DNA of 64,000 nucleotides, from NCBI GenBank assembly GCA_000934665.2, contig JYFJ02001276.1:1-64000 (forward strand). Reading direction: 5' to 3'. Both the position numbers and the translations under genes were made by a program. This document shows positions 1 to 12,398 of this stretch, piece by piece (within the stretch, counting starts at the first letter, position 1; each line of letters opens with the position of its first letter). The notes under the pieces were generated by a model. It made no database searches and had not been told where the DNA came from. It saw only the letters and a list, made by a program, of their open reading frames with translations. This DNA comes from Catajapyx aquilonaris. Its lineage: Eukaryota.

Positions 1-16
1 AAATTATTTTGTCTAC

Positions 17-843
17 TTGGAAACAGGAATTTTGCCATTAACTGCTGTATTAATAAAATCAATAATCAGGAATATGGAAAAGATAATAAACCTGGACTAT
101 CAGAGGCTAGTGAAAGAAGCCTATAATTATTCTTTGAAAACTAATTCAGATAAGCCACTATTAAAAGAAAATTGGATATACACTTGCAAAAACCTAATTC
201 AAAAAAACGGAGTGAACTGGTCAGATATTTTTTCGGACATGGCCACTATTGCTGAAAAGATAAATGAGACCCAAAAGACAAATATTATGAACACACTTCA
301 ACAAACCAGTAGATACAAATACTACAAAGAAATTAAAAATTCTTTTGAACAAGAAGGATACCTAGCTTACGGTTTACCAATCATACAGACTAGAATGATA
401 AGCAATTTAAGAAATAAGTCAAAATATCTACGTCTAAAGAAAGACCCCATAAAGCTGTATGACGAGGTTTTCTGTGAATGGTGTAACATGCAAGAACCGT
501 TAACAGCACATCACATAATATATGAATGCAGATATTTCGACACACCGAGAAAAATTAATTTGTACAATCTCCCCTCTTACCCCCCTACACTTTTTCATTT
601 TCTTTTGGAAGGATTAACAAGAAACCAAATTTTCTGCTTATATGCTTTTTTTCACAATGTAAATAAAAGAATCAACTTTTCAATGTAATCCGGAAACCTC
701 TAAACATCTGATAATTTGCCAAATTTGTAACTACAAAAGTAAACTGTAAAAAAAAAATAGAGAGTGTGTATGTGTCCCCCAATACAGGCGCACGCCTGAG
801 TACGGGGTAGGAAAATAAATAAAAAATAAATAAATAAATAAAT
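17..843 (+). mobile_element. 3' end of a non-LTR retrotransposon (LINE): C-terminal ORF fragment plus A-rich/(TAAA)n tail
   Basis: AT-rich ORF 17-688 contains a CxxC...HxxxxC motif (CEWCNMQEPLTAHHIIYEC) of the kind found after LINE RT domains. It is followed by an A-run at about 747-758 and (TAAA)n at about 813-843. 5' part lies outside the window. Confidence 0.65.
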
Positions 844-1205
844 AGGTCCAAAAAAGTCACTTCTTGAAAACAACACCGGATAGATGCCCATCTTTGCGGG
901 CAACACATTCCTCCAAGCGCTGGACGAAACCCTTCATAACGCTCTCCAGCATGTCCAGGGGAATGTTTCTCATGGCGTGTCTTAGCTGTTCCTTAAGATC
1001 AGCCAATGACTGAGGGTTTGTGGCGAACACCAAACTCTTCAAGTACCCACCCCCACAAGAAGTCGGAGGTGGTCAAATCCGGCGACCGCGGCAGCCATGG
1101 AATGTCCATAAATCTCGAGATGACCCGCCCGGGAAACACTTGACTTTTAATTTGTTTGGAGCCATCTATCAGGCGTTGTTTTCAAGAAGTGGCTTTTTTG
1201 GACCT
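844..1205 (-). mobile_element. Internally deleted Tc1/mariner derivative with ~43-bp imperfect inverted repeats
   Basis: Minus strand gives WLPRSPDLTTSDFLWG and, after a frame change, KSLVFATNPQSLADLKEQLRHAMRNIPLDMLESVMKGFVQRLEECVARKDGHL, a mariner-type transposase C-terminus. 844-886 (aggtccaaaaaagtcacttcttgaaaacaac...) is inverted at 1163-1205. Confidence 0.8.
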
Positions 1206-2406
1206 TGATCCATAAATTGCATATATTTTTATGTGTTGTGTAATTTAAAAAATATAATTATATCCTCGTTCGTTACTTACGCCATGCGGCGTCGTTTTTA
1301 TCCACCCTTGACTTTTGACCCACGACTTGTAATATTCCTAGTAAAGATTTTGGTTCACTTACTGCTGTGACAACAGGGGCAACGTAACTAATCCATTAAT
1401 TAAGTCTTATTATTATTCATTACTACTCAAAAATTATTAGTGTCAAATGATGAGGAACTCCAGTGTACGACTCATCGACTCATAACCAAGTTATGTGAAT
1501 ATTTTTACTCGGATTTCATAATGTATCCATGCAGCATATATTATGTGTCAACTATTATTCCCTCAATCCCTCTCGTTCTTCGTATGTCAAGAGGGATGTT
1601 CCTCAAGACAGGTACAGCAGAAAATCAACATGTAGATTTTAGGTCAGGATACGGCCATATATATTGCATATGTATTCAGGCATATAGTATATCAGGGGAA
1701 GTTCTTTGCCACTTTAAACAAGTCCGATTACTTAAAAACTGTGGGTTCTAGAAAATATGAGGTAACATAATTATTTAGAATATGTGCAAAAAAGGATAAG
1801 AATTGATGTGTTTTCAAGTGTCAAAGCTCGAAGACTGCATTGATCCTAACTACGATAGCTCTCGTATGATGCAGAATTATTTTAAAGTTGGAGTGTGAAT
1901 ACTTCTTGTAAAGTTTAGCAATAGTTTAAATACAATATATATTTTACTCAATTGAACTGTTAAATTAAACATGCCTTAAATCTTCAGTGTATTTGTGCTG
2001 TGCCATCAAATCTATTTGGAGATTTAGCATGGGAACCATATGAACGCTTGATAGATAGATTTTTAAAGTTCAGGATAATACGCGTAGTTGGCAAACTTTT
2101 TCAGCAAAGTCATCATGACCGTACATTAGAGATGAGCTGCACACTGAGCAAGTCACGGACAAACATTCAAAATATTTGTTGTTCTGTAAACTAAATTAAA
2201 TGCAGATATGCAATATTGCCATATCTCCATTCGCATATAAGGTTACCGTCATTCATTCGTAATTTTTCCTGTCTACCCAAGGGAGTTACAAAATGCAATC
2301 GTACATGGAGCTAAGGAAGCCCCGCTATTAGTAGTGCTACGGGACCGCGGATCCTTAAACCGACAATGTCTACAGTGAAAGAGAAAAACATCTGCGCAGA
2401 CATATA

Positions 2407-2847
2407 CATGGTGAAGGGAAACTCGCGCCAAATCGCCAGGTAGACTGATAGTACTCGCAAAACTAATGTAGGGATGTGCAATTAGTTTTGGGCTCCGTTG
2501 CGTAGTTAATGCGTACGGCGCCGTCAAAGTTTCGTGACGTCACATCCGTTCCGCCAGCTTCTAAGAAGGAAAAGACAGTTCGAGGGCTCTTGCCTTGGCC
2601 CCCTAACACATCGTCCATTTGCAAAAGGCGATCAAATCCCATCAGAGTAAGAATCCGGGTACGACACCCGTGCACTTTGTCATTTTTATCTCGTATCGTA
2701 CCATCCGGCCGTGTACACTTTAAGGGCGCCGTACACATTAACTACGCGACGGAGCCAAACACTAATTGCACATCCCTATACTGTATTAGTTTTGCGAGTA
2801 CGGTATCAGGCTACCTGGCGATTTGGGGCGAGTTTCCCTTCACCCTG
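2407..2847. mobile_element. MITE (Tc1/mariner type), ~125-bp TIRs, TA flanks
   Basis: ta|catggtgaagggaaactcgcgccaaatcgccaggtag... at the left end and ...ctacctggcgatttggggcgagtttcccttcaccctg|ta at the right end. Confidence 0.85.
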
Positions 2848-4215
2848 TATGTAAGCAAGGAAGTTAATGTTGCAGGCATCCCTATTTAAAAAACCAGTTT
2901 TCATAGTGTGCAAACTTTATTTTACAAATCAAGAATTTGTGAAGCAAGCCTCTTGTCCATTTTGGGGGCATGATTGATTACCACACGCCTAAGTTGTTGT
3001 TGTTGTTTTTTTACAATCGTGGGTTAATATTTAAATATGTAGACCTACTAGCAGCGGAGCCCGTTCTTCACACCGGCGATTTCCGCATATGGTAAAGTAA
3101 GCCAGATTTGCCGCAGACCGTAAAATCCTAAATTTAGACTCAAGAAGTGCAGTTTTCGGACTTTTCCCTGAATCAGGAGCACGTAAACCATCAGTGTGCC
3201 AGGGGACCCATTTGAGGATTGAAAAATGAAAGAAGTTTGTAAAGCATGCATATACTGTATAGTGAGCTAAGTCAGAGGGAGTGATGGCTTCGAACATGTC
3301 ACATGAGCAAGACTTGGCGTGGTCTCATCTGCCATCACTCTGCTCCCGAAATAAATACCCGGGGCAAACAGCCTTTCACTTGCATCTACAATGTTTAGCA
3401 GTGGCCTCCGAAGCCGAGAGTTCAGGTTCAATCCAGTGTTTAAGGGTAGGATAAAGGTCCCGGCGCTTATGGAGGTTGACATGTTAAATGTCGGGCCTAA
3501 TAACTCCGTAATTACTGAACAGCATGACATGAAATTTTTGACACAACACGACACAACAACCCTAGCCATGGCTATGTTGAGAGAAACCTGTTGTAGGGAT
3601 TCAGTTAATTATGAAAACCACGAAACTCAGAGGGATTTGAAGGCCTACTGCTCTGAGTAGGTTGCATGCTCAGTGGCCGGGTCCGGATGGTTCAGCAGCC
3701 CCGTAATCGGAACCGATCTCTTCCCCAGAATGTCCTCTTTCTACCTGCCACAGTCTCCGGGCCCAGGGCCGCCCTGGATTCCCAGAAAACCCCCGAAACC
3801 CCGATTTTGTGCTCTGCCCGCGCGTCGCACTCCGGCTTTCATAACCACCTGAGAGTTTTCCAGGGGTTTGTCAGCCTGAACCAACTAGACATAGTCCTAT
3901 ATGTATAGTCCGAAACGTCCCGCATCTCCCTACACAGGTCCCGGGTCCGCCCGCGGGCGCGCACTGTGCTAAAAAAATAGGCAAAAAGGTCGACGAGGAA
4001 GCACAGTTGGATCAAGTTGAAGAAGTCGAGCAGGAGCTCGGCCTAGCGCCAGCTCGCGCGCGTCCCCTCCGAGGTCCGCGCCTCCCATAAAATGCCACTC
4101 GTTAGTGAGTAGGGAATGGCGCTTCATTCCAGATCCAGCAGTCGTTGAGGTAGCATCAGCTCCTGCTCGTCTACTCTTTACCGCTTGACTCCAGTTGTTC
4201 CCGTACACCGCCAAG

Positions 4216-4677
4216 ATGTCCGACGTAGCAGCAGCAGCAGCAGTGCCCCAGGGCACACCCAAGAAGGGGGCCAAGTCCAAGAAGCCGAGGCCAAAGCCCG
4301 ACCATCCCCCCACCTGTGAAATGGTCAACAGCGCCATCAAGAGCCTTAGGGAGCGTCGTGGGTCCTCTCTGCAGGCCATCAAGAAGTACATCGGCTCCAA
4401 CTACAAGGCCGACCCCGAGAAGCTGGCACCCTTCATCAAGAAGTACTTGAGGACCGCTGTCCTGTGCGGCGGTCTGGTCCAGATCAAGGGCAGGGGGGCC
4501 ACCGGCTCATTCAAGATCAACAAGCCGGTCGTGGCCAAGAAGAAGTCTCTAATTCAGGTCGCTGCTGGGGACGCTCGTGAGCCTCCCGCAGGTGGCCATT
4601 TGACCCTGCCTCGTGACCAATGTGCTGTTCCATGTGATGATGAGCGGACTTATCCATCAGGCATGCTCCACAGGTAA
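4216..4677 (+). CDS. Histone H1-like protein (globular winged-helix domain, lacking the long Lys-rich C-tail); probable splice donor after 4673
   Basis: [53 protein letters not shown]...[15 protein letters not shown] is a typical H1 globular domain. H1 similarity stops at ...VVAKKKS. The ORF stop sits inside CAG|GTAACA. Confidence 0.85.
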   Translation: MSDVAAAAAVPQGTPKKGAKSKKPRPKPDHPPTCEMVNSAIKSLRERRGSSLQAIKKYIGSNYKADPEKLAPFIKKYLRTAVLCGGLVQIKGRGATGSFKINKPVVAKKKSLIQVAAGDAREPPAGGHLTLPRDQCAVPCDDERTYPSGMLHR

Positions 4678-5666
4678 CACAACGAATATTTACGTATTTG
4701 GTCAGTAGGATGGACTATATGTGCCCTTTTACAGACCTTTAGTATATAAAGATGTGAAAACAGGCTCATGGAGGCAAATCTCACAGGAGTACCGACATGG
4801 AAAGGAGTGATTGCGGTTCAAAGTCAAAGTCTTTACCTGTGAGCACAGCCGACGCAAAAATTGCCACAGGAGAAAAATAAGAACAGTACCTGAAACTTTC
4901 CCGACCAGATACTCAAATCTCATTACGATACCGCCATATTTGTGCCCGTCACAGCGAGAGGCAGAAGAGTCAACCTCGCTGCGAGGGCAGGCTTGAGAGG
5001 GCCCACGGTCGTGACGATTTTTCGTACTGTTCTCTTTGCACCGCCTCGCCGATGCGAGTGTCATTGAGGCCACCAATCAACCAGTCTATCAATCCAGAGC
5101 GTATTCACTTTGCTAAAGTAACTAAATTATCCACCTGGGTGATATGTTTCTTCCGGCATTCATAATATATTTGCCTTATTTCAAGCAGTGGTGTTTGGAA
5201 AATAACGTTTGTGGAATATATCATAGATGGACTCGTTCATATGCTACTGAGTACTCTGAACAAGGTAGGCTTAGTGGTTACTTGGTACTACATAACTACA
5301 GTAGACAGATATTCCAAAAATAAAGAGTCGGCACGGCAGAAAGGCTATATGTATCACCACAGCCTTCCACCTTTGAGGTCCCGCGTTCAATCCCCGGATC
5401 ACTTGTCCGCAATAATATTTGGCCGATCACATTACAAGGTAACCTGGGCTTCCTTTCCACTCTTGAATAGTTTCAGTACTCCCTGGAATTCCATGATGCG
5501 ATAGTGCTGAACTTACCGATTCGTCAGCACCTATATGTGTGAGGCATTCGTCTAACAGTGCACTGGGAATTCGTTGCGGTCGGAGATTGACTACGAAACA
5601 AATTAAATATCAGTACAAGTTCGATCGAAGTTTGGCGTTCGGTGGTGTGCATCTACTTGGTGAATC

Positions 5667-5866
5667 ATGGAACTTACAAACTTAAAGTCAATACGCAACA
5701 AGCCCAAATTGGTTCATGACGGCTTTGTCTATCTGAAAAAACAAACCGTCAAGGATAAAACCTACTGGACCTGTGAACGACGGGGACAATGCCTTGCGAA
5801 GGTGCACACTATCGGGGGAGTAGTTGTTGCCGTAGTGGGACAGCACACACATGAAGGTGGAACCAG
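5667..5866 (+). CDS. FLYWCH zinc-finger exon (first coding exon)
   Basis: KPKLVHDGFVYLKKQTVKDKTYWTCERRGQCLAKVHT...GQHTH fits the FLYWCH pattern (F/Y..W.C..C..H.H). In-frame TGA two codons upstream of the ATG; strong donor CAG|GTACGT after 5866 (phase 2). Confidence 0.8.
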
Positions 5867-6637
5867 GTACGTGTACAATGTTGTGTTCACATCTCTTGTA
5901 AGGGTAAAGAGAGGGTGAAAGCATGAAGTGATCAAAACTCCCGATCACTCCATGTAAAAATTTGAATAATGAGTTTTAATAATACGGTGTTTACCAGTTA
6001 ATACACTATATAGAGTTAAACTTCCCATACACGCCCTATTTCCTCTCTTCCTTGTCCCAAGAACAAGTATGGCAGTGGCTCAACATGCATTGTGACATGA
6101 GTTAGAAGCACTTGGCAGGCCCTAATTGGCACAAGTTGAGATGAATATCTTTCACTCGTTTGATAACTGCACCGATGAAATGGCGAAGCTTATTATTAGG
6201 CTTTGTCGTCTGTTTAGTCTAGTTGTTTCAATCACATTAGTCCATATAAACTGATCTGGGTCAGGTTGTAGCACTCAAGGTAGATGCTGTGACGAAGATT
6301 TAATGGATGTTATTCGTTATTGGCAACAATAATTAATAAACAGTGAATGACATCTTTTAAACTCTTTGAACCTTGAGTATAGTGCGAACCCGCCCAAAAA
6401 TAACTTTGTGTTCAGTCATAGTCAGCCAAATAAAAGGCTGCATGTGGAACGTGTTTGACAGTGCCACTAGTAATTCCGGCACGTGCTGTGGGTACATTAC
6501 ATATCTGGTTTATTTGCAAACACGATCGACAATCGTTCCGATCCATTTTGAAATATACATGAGCGATTCTGTGGCCACCATGTGAAGTACTGTAGGAGGA
6601 GGGCCTTGGAAGGACCGGGGGTAGAAAGAGGGCAGCT

Positions 6638-8815
6638 ATGTTTTCTTCAGGTTGTGGACCCGGCGACAAAGCGAGAATGAAGGCAGCCATGAGGCAAGAA
6701 AAAGCCGAGAAACGGCGGATAGATGTGGCCAGAAAGGAGATGTTCATTGATGTGGTTTACCAGCGACCTGCGCTTTGGAAAGTCAAGAGCAGAGAGCACC
6801 GAAACCGTCCACTGGTCAACGCATTATGGGAAGAGGTCGCTGAGATCATGGGGATGTCAAGTAAGTATTGGGAAGGAAACCAGTACCTGGCGGAAGCGGG
6901 ATAAGATAAATATTTTAACAAATGGTTGTAAGCTTACAGAAAAATCGCTAACACTAGAGTATAGACAATTAAGTTGAATACACAATTTCTTTCATGAGGA
7001 CTTCTATTGATGGCTAAGAAAGGACTTGCAAACTAGTTTTAAGACATTTAACTGATGCGGTGTGAAGAGTTATTGCTATGTACCTGCATGCCCTTTTTTA
7101 ACTTGCAGAAATCGAGTGCATCGCAGGATGGAAGAATCTTACTGATGTCTTTCGCCGCAAGTTTTGGGAGGTCCAGAGCGCGCGAAGTGGATCAGGAGAT
7201 GAAGCTGCATCCCGTGTCACTTGGGTTTTCTTTGACCGCTTGCAATTCTTGCGGTACAACTTCGAAAGCACAGCGTCAGTATTCACTTGAACAAAATTGC
7301 TACTCTTCATTCTGTCATTTGTTATGCACAGTAATTCTTATTGAACATTCATAGCAGTGCACTGGCAAACCGATCCACACGCTGATCTGTGTACAATGTG
7401 CAACTGATTCTGTTTGTGTGTCACTACAGTATAATATGGATACCTAAGTTGTAGGCAAATTGTGTACATGCAATCAACCTGTCCATTGCCCAGGCAAAAT
7501 TCATGCCACTTTCACACCAGTGAGCCACTTCATTTTTAGGATAATGCAGCACTACGGCTGGGTTCGTTGTCTTGTGTAATGCAATTGATTTGAGCATGTA
7601 GGTCCATAGAATGTGCATAATCGCAGATTTTCTCTAAATGTTGTTGACTCAAGCTCTAAAATCTATAAGTCAGGTTTCTAAAGTGTTCACAACTAGAGCG
7701 ATCCAAATTATAGAATTTAGCAGGACTGAAATTCTCCACCGTCAAGGGGAACAATAAAGGAAGCACAACATATTGCTAAAATGTTATAATCGAAAAGTAA
7801 TTTATAAAATGGTCATATTGGATTCCTGATTTTATATGATTCTGAACATGTTGAAGTATTTTACTTGCTCTCAAAGTCAACATCAATGATACATCTAGGG
7901 TTAGGCTGATTACAATCTCGTTCTCAATCACTGTGCCTCGATTTTGCAGGCAAACTCGCAAGAATGCTCGAGAAGGAGGAACTTCACAGTCACCCCGTAG
8001 GCAATCGAAGCAACAAGTCGTACCTGGTAACGACCCAGGAGCCAGCACCAGCGGTGCTAACCCAGTCCAGTTGGCCTCCGTAGATGAAACAGCGTCGACA
8101 TCTGCGGGAGAGACGACCTGCCAGTCAACTTCAGGGTTACATCTACACATCATCAAGAGTGAGCCAGTGTTAATGGAAGAAGACGAACCTGCTGTTCATC
8201 TCAGAGACATGGACACCATTGCAAGTACGTTGTTGGACAATTTCTTATGGAATTTGACAGCAACTTCGAAAAGACGTCACCCTGAAGTCCTCATTTCAGT
8301 GGGGATATTAAAGAGCGCTTTGGGTGAAAGAGGATTGGTCAATCTGGAAACCTTAAAGTCTTTGAAACCTGTTTAACTGACTGTATGTAACTTACTTCCA
8401 ACTCTTATAATGTGTTTCAGGTGAAACCTGGGGTGACCCTCTTTCTGAGGAACAGCCTCCTCTGATGCCAGCCACAGTTGCTGAACCTATTTCTCTGAAA
8501 GACGGTTCTGCAACTGAAATGTGTAATAAGGATCAAGTGCTCGGAGAGAAAAACTTTTTCCTCACAAATGCAAATGCGGAAGTGGAAGGAGGTTCCAGTG
8601 AAGGCGAGCTTATACGAGCTGCTCAGTGCATGATTACAGCAACCAGACATTTGACCAATCAATTGGACGAGTGGAGGAAAGAGAACAAGAAATCTCAAGA
8701 CAAGATGGTTCGAATGCAGGAAGAAGCTCTTAAAATGAAGAAAATGGATTTGGAACTACAAGAACGTATCGCTAATGCTCTGGAACAATTGCTAGCTCAG
8801 AGTGCCAAATCATAG
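6638..8815 (+). CDS. MADF (Myb/SANT-like) domain protein with C-terminal coiled coil; exons 6638-6860, 7109-7274, 7950-8224, 8421-8815
   Basis: Spliced translation gives FIDVVYQRPALWKVKSREHRNRPLVNALWEEVAEIMGMS|KIECIAGWKNLTDVFRRKFWEVQSARSGSG...VTWVFFDRLQFL, a MADF pattern. All three introns are GT-AG and phase-compatible (1, 2, 1). AATAAA at 8992. Confidence 0.8.
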
Positions 8816-9038
8816 GACAGTAGTTCTGGTGTTCATGTATGATATTCATTTCACTGTAACTGATGTGATATATATTAAGTGAGCACGGCATTGTTTTTGT
8901 ACTATTTTTTTTATTAAAAAAAGGACGAACACATCACTGACGCCATTGTTTTGTCCTTCTTTGCCCATTACCGGTTGGTTTTGTGCTTAGAAATAAACGA
9001 CAGCTCAGTGTAATATGATTTTTGTGTTTTCATAGACA

Positions 9039-9103
9039 TTGGGGTGGCATTTTCGTTCCACTGCTCTTAACAGTAACTAGCAGTGGGACTAAAATTCCAC
9101 CCA
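9039..9103. repeat. Short inverted repeat (hairpin or tiny MITE remnant)
   Basis: gggtggcattttcgttccactgct ... agcagtgggactaaaattccaccc. Confidence 0.5.
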
Positions 9104-9455
9104 TAATCCTTATAGAGTCGTATTCAGTTATGTTTCTTTATAATCGATGAGCAACTCACATATTTGACGGGCCTTGATCATGGAACCGTTTTATTTTCCC
9201 ACTATCGTTGTGGCATTTTCCTCCCCGTTTCCGATCGGTTTTGGGTTTACTTGAAATTCTGGCGGGTTCTATAAGCTATTAGAATTCAATCATTTCGATG
9301 TACTGTACAGTACATGCGGACGTTGAAGTTTGTTCATGCTGCACCTTTCACCTTTTCTTCCGGCTGGAATTTACCCGACAGATTTTTTTGTATACAGTGT
9401 CGTCAGCCATTGAGACCAGGAACCACGGCCGAGGAGTGTTTGTATAATTATATGG

Positions 9456-9612
9456 CAGGATGAAGGGAAACTCGCGGACAATCGCCAGGTAAACTTATAG
9501 TACTCGCAAAACTAATATAGGGATAGGTATAGTGTGGAGGGCCGGATGGTAAAATACTAGGTAAAAACGACAAAGTGCACGGGTGTCGTACCTGGATTAT
9601 TACTCTGACGGC
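9456..9612 (-). mobile_element. Partial second copy of the 2407-2847 MITE family
   Basis: caggatgaagggaaactcgcggacaatcgccaggt matches the TIR; 9540-9610 is the reverse complement of about 2640-2710. Confidence 0.75.
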
Positions 9613-10049
9613 AATTGTTAAAAATTATTCCTGCAAAATGTATGCAGCAATGTATGGGAGACAAGCTCGAGGCAAAGAGGGCAGTGATCGCTTACTACCC
9701 GAAAGGAATCATAAAAATGCGTGGTCCCTTCTTGTAGGGGAAAAGACCCTTCCGAACCCTTTAGAAAGCGGGATACAACCTGCCGGCCTTGTCGGTTTTC
9801 AAACAGCTATCGGAATCCATCCCCAAAGTAGAAACAAGTGACAGTCTGGAACCGGCGCGTAATATTGGGCGCACAATTCGTAGCGGAAGGCGGTGCGTAA
9901 TGTGGTGCGTAAAGTGACGCGTAGTGCGGTGCGTAATCGATGAATCTTATCGTTTATGGTGCTAATGCGTAATGCGATGAGATATTTCCCCCTTTTTAGC
10001 ACCATAAGGGAGAGGGAAGAAAGCTGGAAGAGGTATTTTCTTTATCCCC

Positions 10050-10243
10050 ATGGGAAACAAGAAAAAGTGGGTTCGAAGACAGAAGAGAATTATACCCCCT
10101 CAGAAGCGTAAACGGAAGGTCATACCACGTGAGAATGAATCGGCGACTGCTGGGTCTAATTCTGGGCCCTGTGACTTGTCGCTCGAACACGGATTGTTCC
10201 CACCGTCAACTGTCTCACCTGAAGGATTTCAAGTGAATGAATG
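10050..10243 (+). CDS. Candidate first coding exon with basic, NLS-like segments
   Basis: MGNKKKWVRRQKRIIPPQKRKRKVIP...VNEW ends at a strong donor ATG|GTAAGA (phase 2). No recognisable domain. Confidence 0.5.
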
Positions 10244-11143
10244 GTAAGAAATATGCCATAAAAGTACCACGTTCAGTTGCAAAAGGGGGGCAAAAATCCA
10301 ACCGAGTTTGATCTTAGATAATGTAAGTTGTGGGAAGAAAATATGACTGTAGAAAATTCATTCCATCATCACAATATTCGTATGAAAGCGGCGTTCGTTC
10401 TTCTACGTACTACTAGTAACTATATAGTTACTGCTAACTTAGCAGTACTGGTACCATTGCACTACACTGGTACTGCTAAGTAAGTTAGAAGTAACTAGTA
10501 CTATGATGAATATCCATCCATTGTTTTCAGAAAGGAGAATTTACGAGCAGTAAATTGGAAATTGCTTGAGAAAGACCTGTGCCCTATGGCACAGCTTAAA
10601 TCAATTGGTGAAGGTCTTACCTGCGCTTGACTCGTTTCAGTGCTACTTTCCTTCCACCACGGAGGTCTTACTACCCTTTTTTCACTGAAGGGAATGTTTT
10701 TGCTCTGATTATATTCTGTATGGCGTATGCGATGGCTTTTTTTCGCACGCATATTCCCGGCAGCAATGATTTGTACATATACAGGGTGTTCCAAGTACGG
10801 TACCTGTACCAAAATAATAAGGCCCACGCCCAGGCCCCAATAAGGCCCAGTATTGATATCTCTGTTAATTTGCGGTCGTAACGCAAGATGGCATCCAGAC
10901 GGTCGATTATGCATCAAAAAGTGGGTACAGTTCGGTAGAGGGCACGCTCGTGCAGGACACATCGGTCCATGAATTTAGCCAGTCATTGTCCAGAGGCCAT
11001 AGAAACAGCTGCGTTGTAATTTTGGCCGCTGAGAAAAGCCTGGATACGAGACAAGTGCGACGTGCTACGCCTGTGTAATGGTACCTACAGACACCTGAGC
11101 GACTGAGGATAGCTATCATAGTGGCACAGAGGATTAAAACATT

Positions 11144-12187
11144 GGGTCATTCCATCTCAATTCAGTAAATTTTCTGAAACGTTGTGGCTCGACCCCTTCC
11201 GATTTAACTGAAAAAAATCATGTAGGTAGGGATCCGTACCTTATTGCGAAATCCTAAAGTAGAGGCCGCTGGAATCAAATCTCACGGAGATATAACAATG
11301 GAAAGTTCAACAATGACATCCATGTAAAGTATTTTTAACTGTTCAGACTGTTCTCCCAACATCAACATGTCACATATCAAATGGAAGGTAATGGAGAGAG
11401 GAATGACAGGGTTGCAAAATATTCGACCTAACTCGAAAAACGACGTCGAAAAAAAATCGCACGTATAATTATGTCCAAATCACTCTATATTCCCGATAGC
11501 CGTAACTCATAACATTATTATGATTTAACAAAGTGATATTTAGGATACAGGGCAATCACCTTTGCCTAAATCCTCACGGGTCAAGAATGGTTTATACATT
11601 TCTGAATAGGGGATGATCCAAGGAATCCATTGACACACCAACACTCATAATTGGTTCAGCCCCACCTGGAGCAATTTGAGCTCGAAAATAGGAGAAATGG
11701 GGTGATTCATATTTTTGAGCTTTTTTATTTCCAACCCTGCGTGACCTATCACAATGAGGTTTTGCGTGTGCATTTAGGCAAAGGTGATTGCCCTGTATCC
11801 TAAATATGACTTTGTTAAAATCATGATGCTATGAGTTACGGCTATGGGGAATATAGAGTGATTCGGACATACTATACGTGCGAATTTTATTCGACGTCGT
11901 TTTTCGAGTTAGGTCGAATATTTTGTAACCAAGTTATTCATCTCTGCATTACCTTACACTTGATATGCGACATGTTGGTGTTGGGAGAACAGTCTGAGCA
12001 GTTAAAAATGCTTTACATGGACGTCATTGTGGCATTTTCCATTGCTATATCTCCGTGAGATTTGACACCAGTGGCCTCAATTTTATGATTTCGCAATAAG
12101 GCACGAATCCCTACCTGCATGATTATTTTCAGTTAAATCGTAAGGGGTCGAGCCACCACCATTTAGAGAACTGACACGGAATGACCC
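11144..12187. mobile_element. Non-autonomous foldback DNA transposon with ~430-bp TIRs (GGGTCATTCC termini, possibly Sola2-like)
   Basis: 11144 to about 11575 is the reverse complement, with scattered mismatches, of about 11765-12187. No clear TSD seen. Superfamily call is tentative. Confidence 0.85.
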
Positions 12188-12398
12188 AGCTTCCTTCATG
12201 TAATTCAGGTCACCTGCTGAATGGCTCCTGCGTTCCTAATAAGGCCCAGTCAACATCGTGGTGGACCTTATTAGGTACAACTGCACATACAACCATCCTT
12301 GAGTGGGAATAGTGACACAGTAGGTAATGTAATCCCTGTAAGAACTCTATCATGGCTAGAACGTGTGTGAGGAACAACTCTATTTTATTAGGGAAGGA

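Noticed and set aside
3031..3908. Short ORFs upstream of H1
   Set aside because: No motifs, homology or consistent splice structure recognisable by eye.
4721..4740. Histone 3' stem-loop after H1 (gtgcccttttacagacc)
   Set aside because: Only the 5' half resembles the consensus; the stem cannot pair.
5265..5400. Second tRNA-SINE (ggcttagtggtta ... gaggtcccgcgttcaatccccgg)
   Set aside because: A/B-box-like motifs are too far apart and degenerate and no TSD was seen; at best an old relic.
5866..6651. Simple FLYWCH-to-MADF splice giving one protein
   Set aside because: The strong donor is phase 2 while the acceptors at 6650 and 6595 are phase 1 and 0; only a weak alternative donor (AAG|GTGGAA) would fit.
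6638..8815. MADF gene as part of an autonomous PIF/Harbinger transposon
   Set aside because: No Harbinger-type transposase or enclosing TIRs were found in the window; the nearby transposase is pogo-type.
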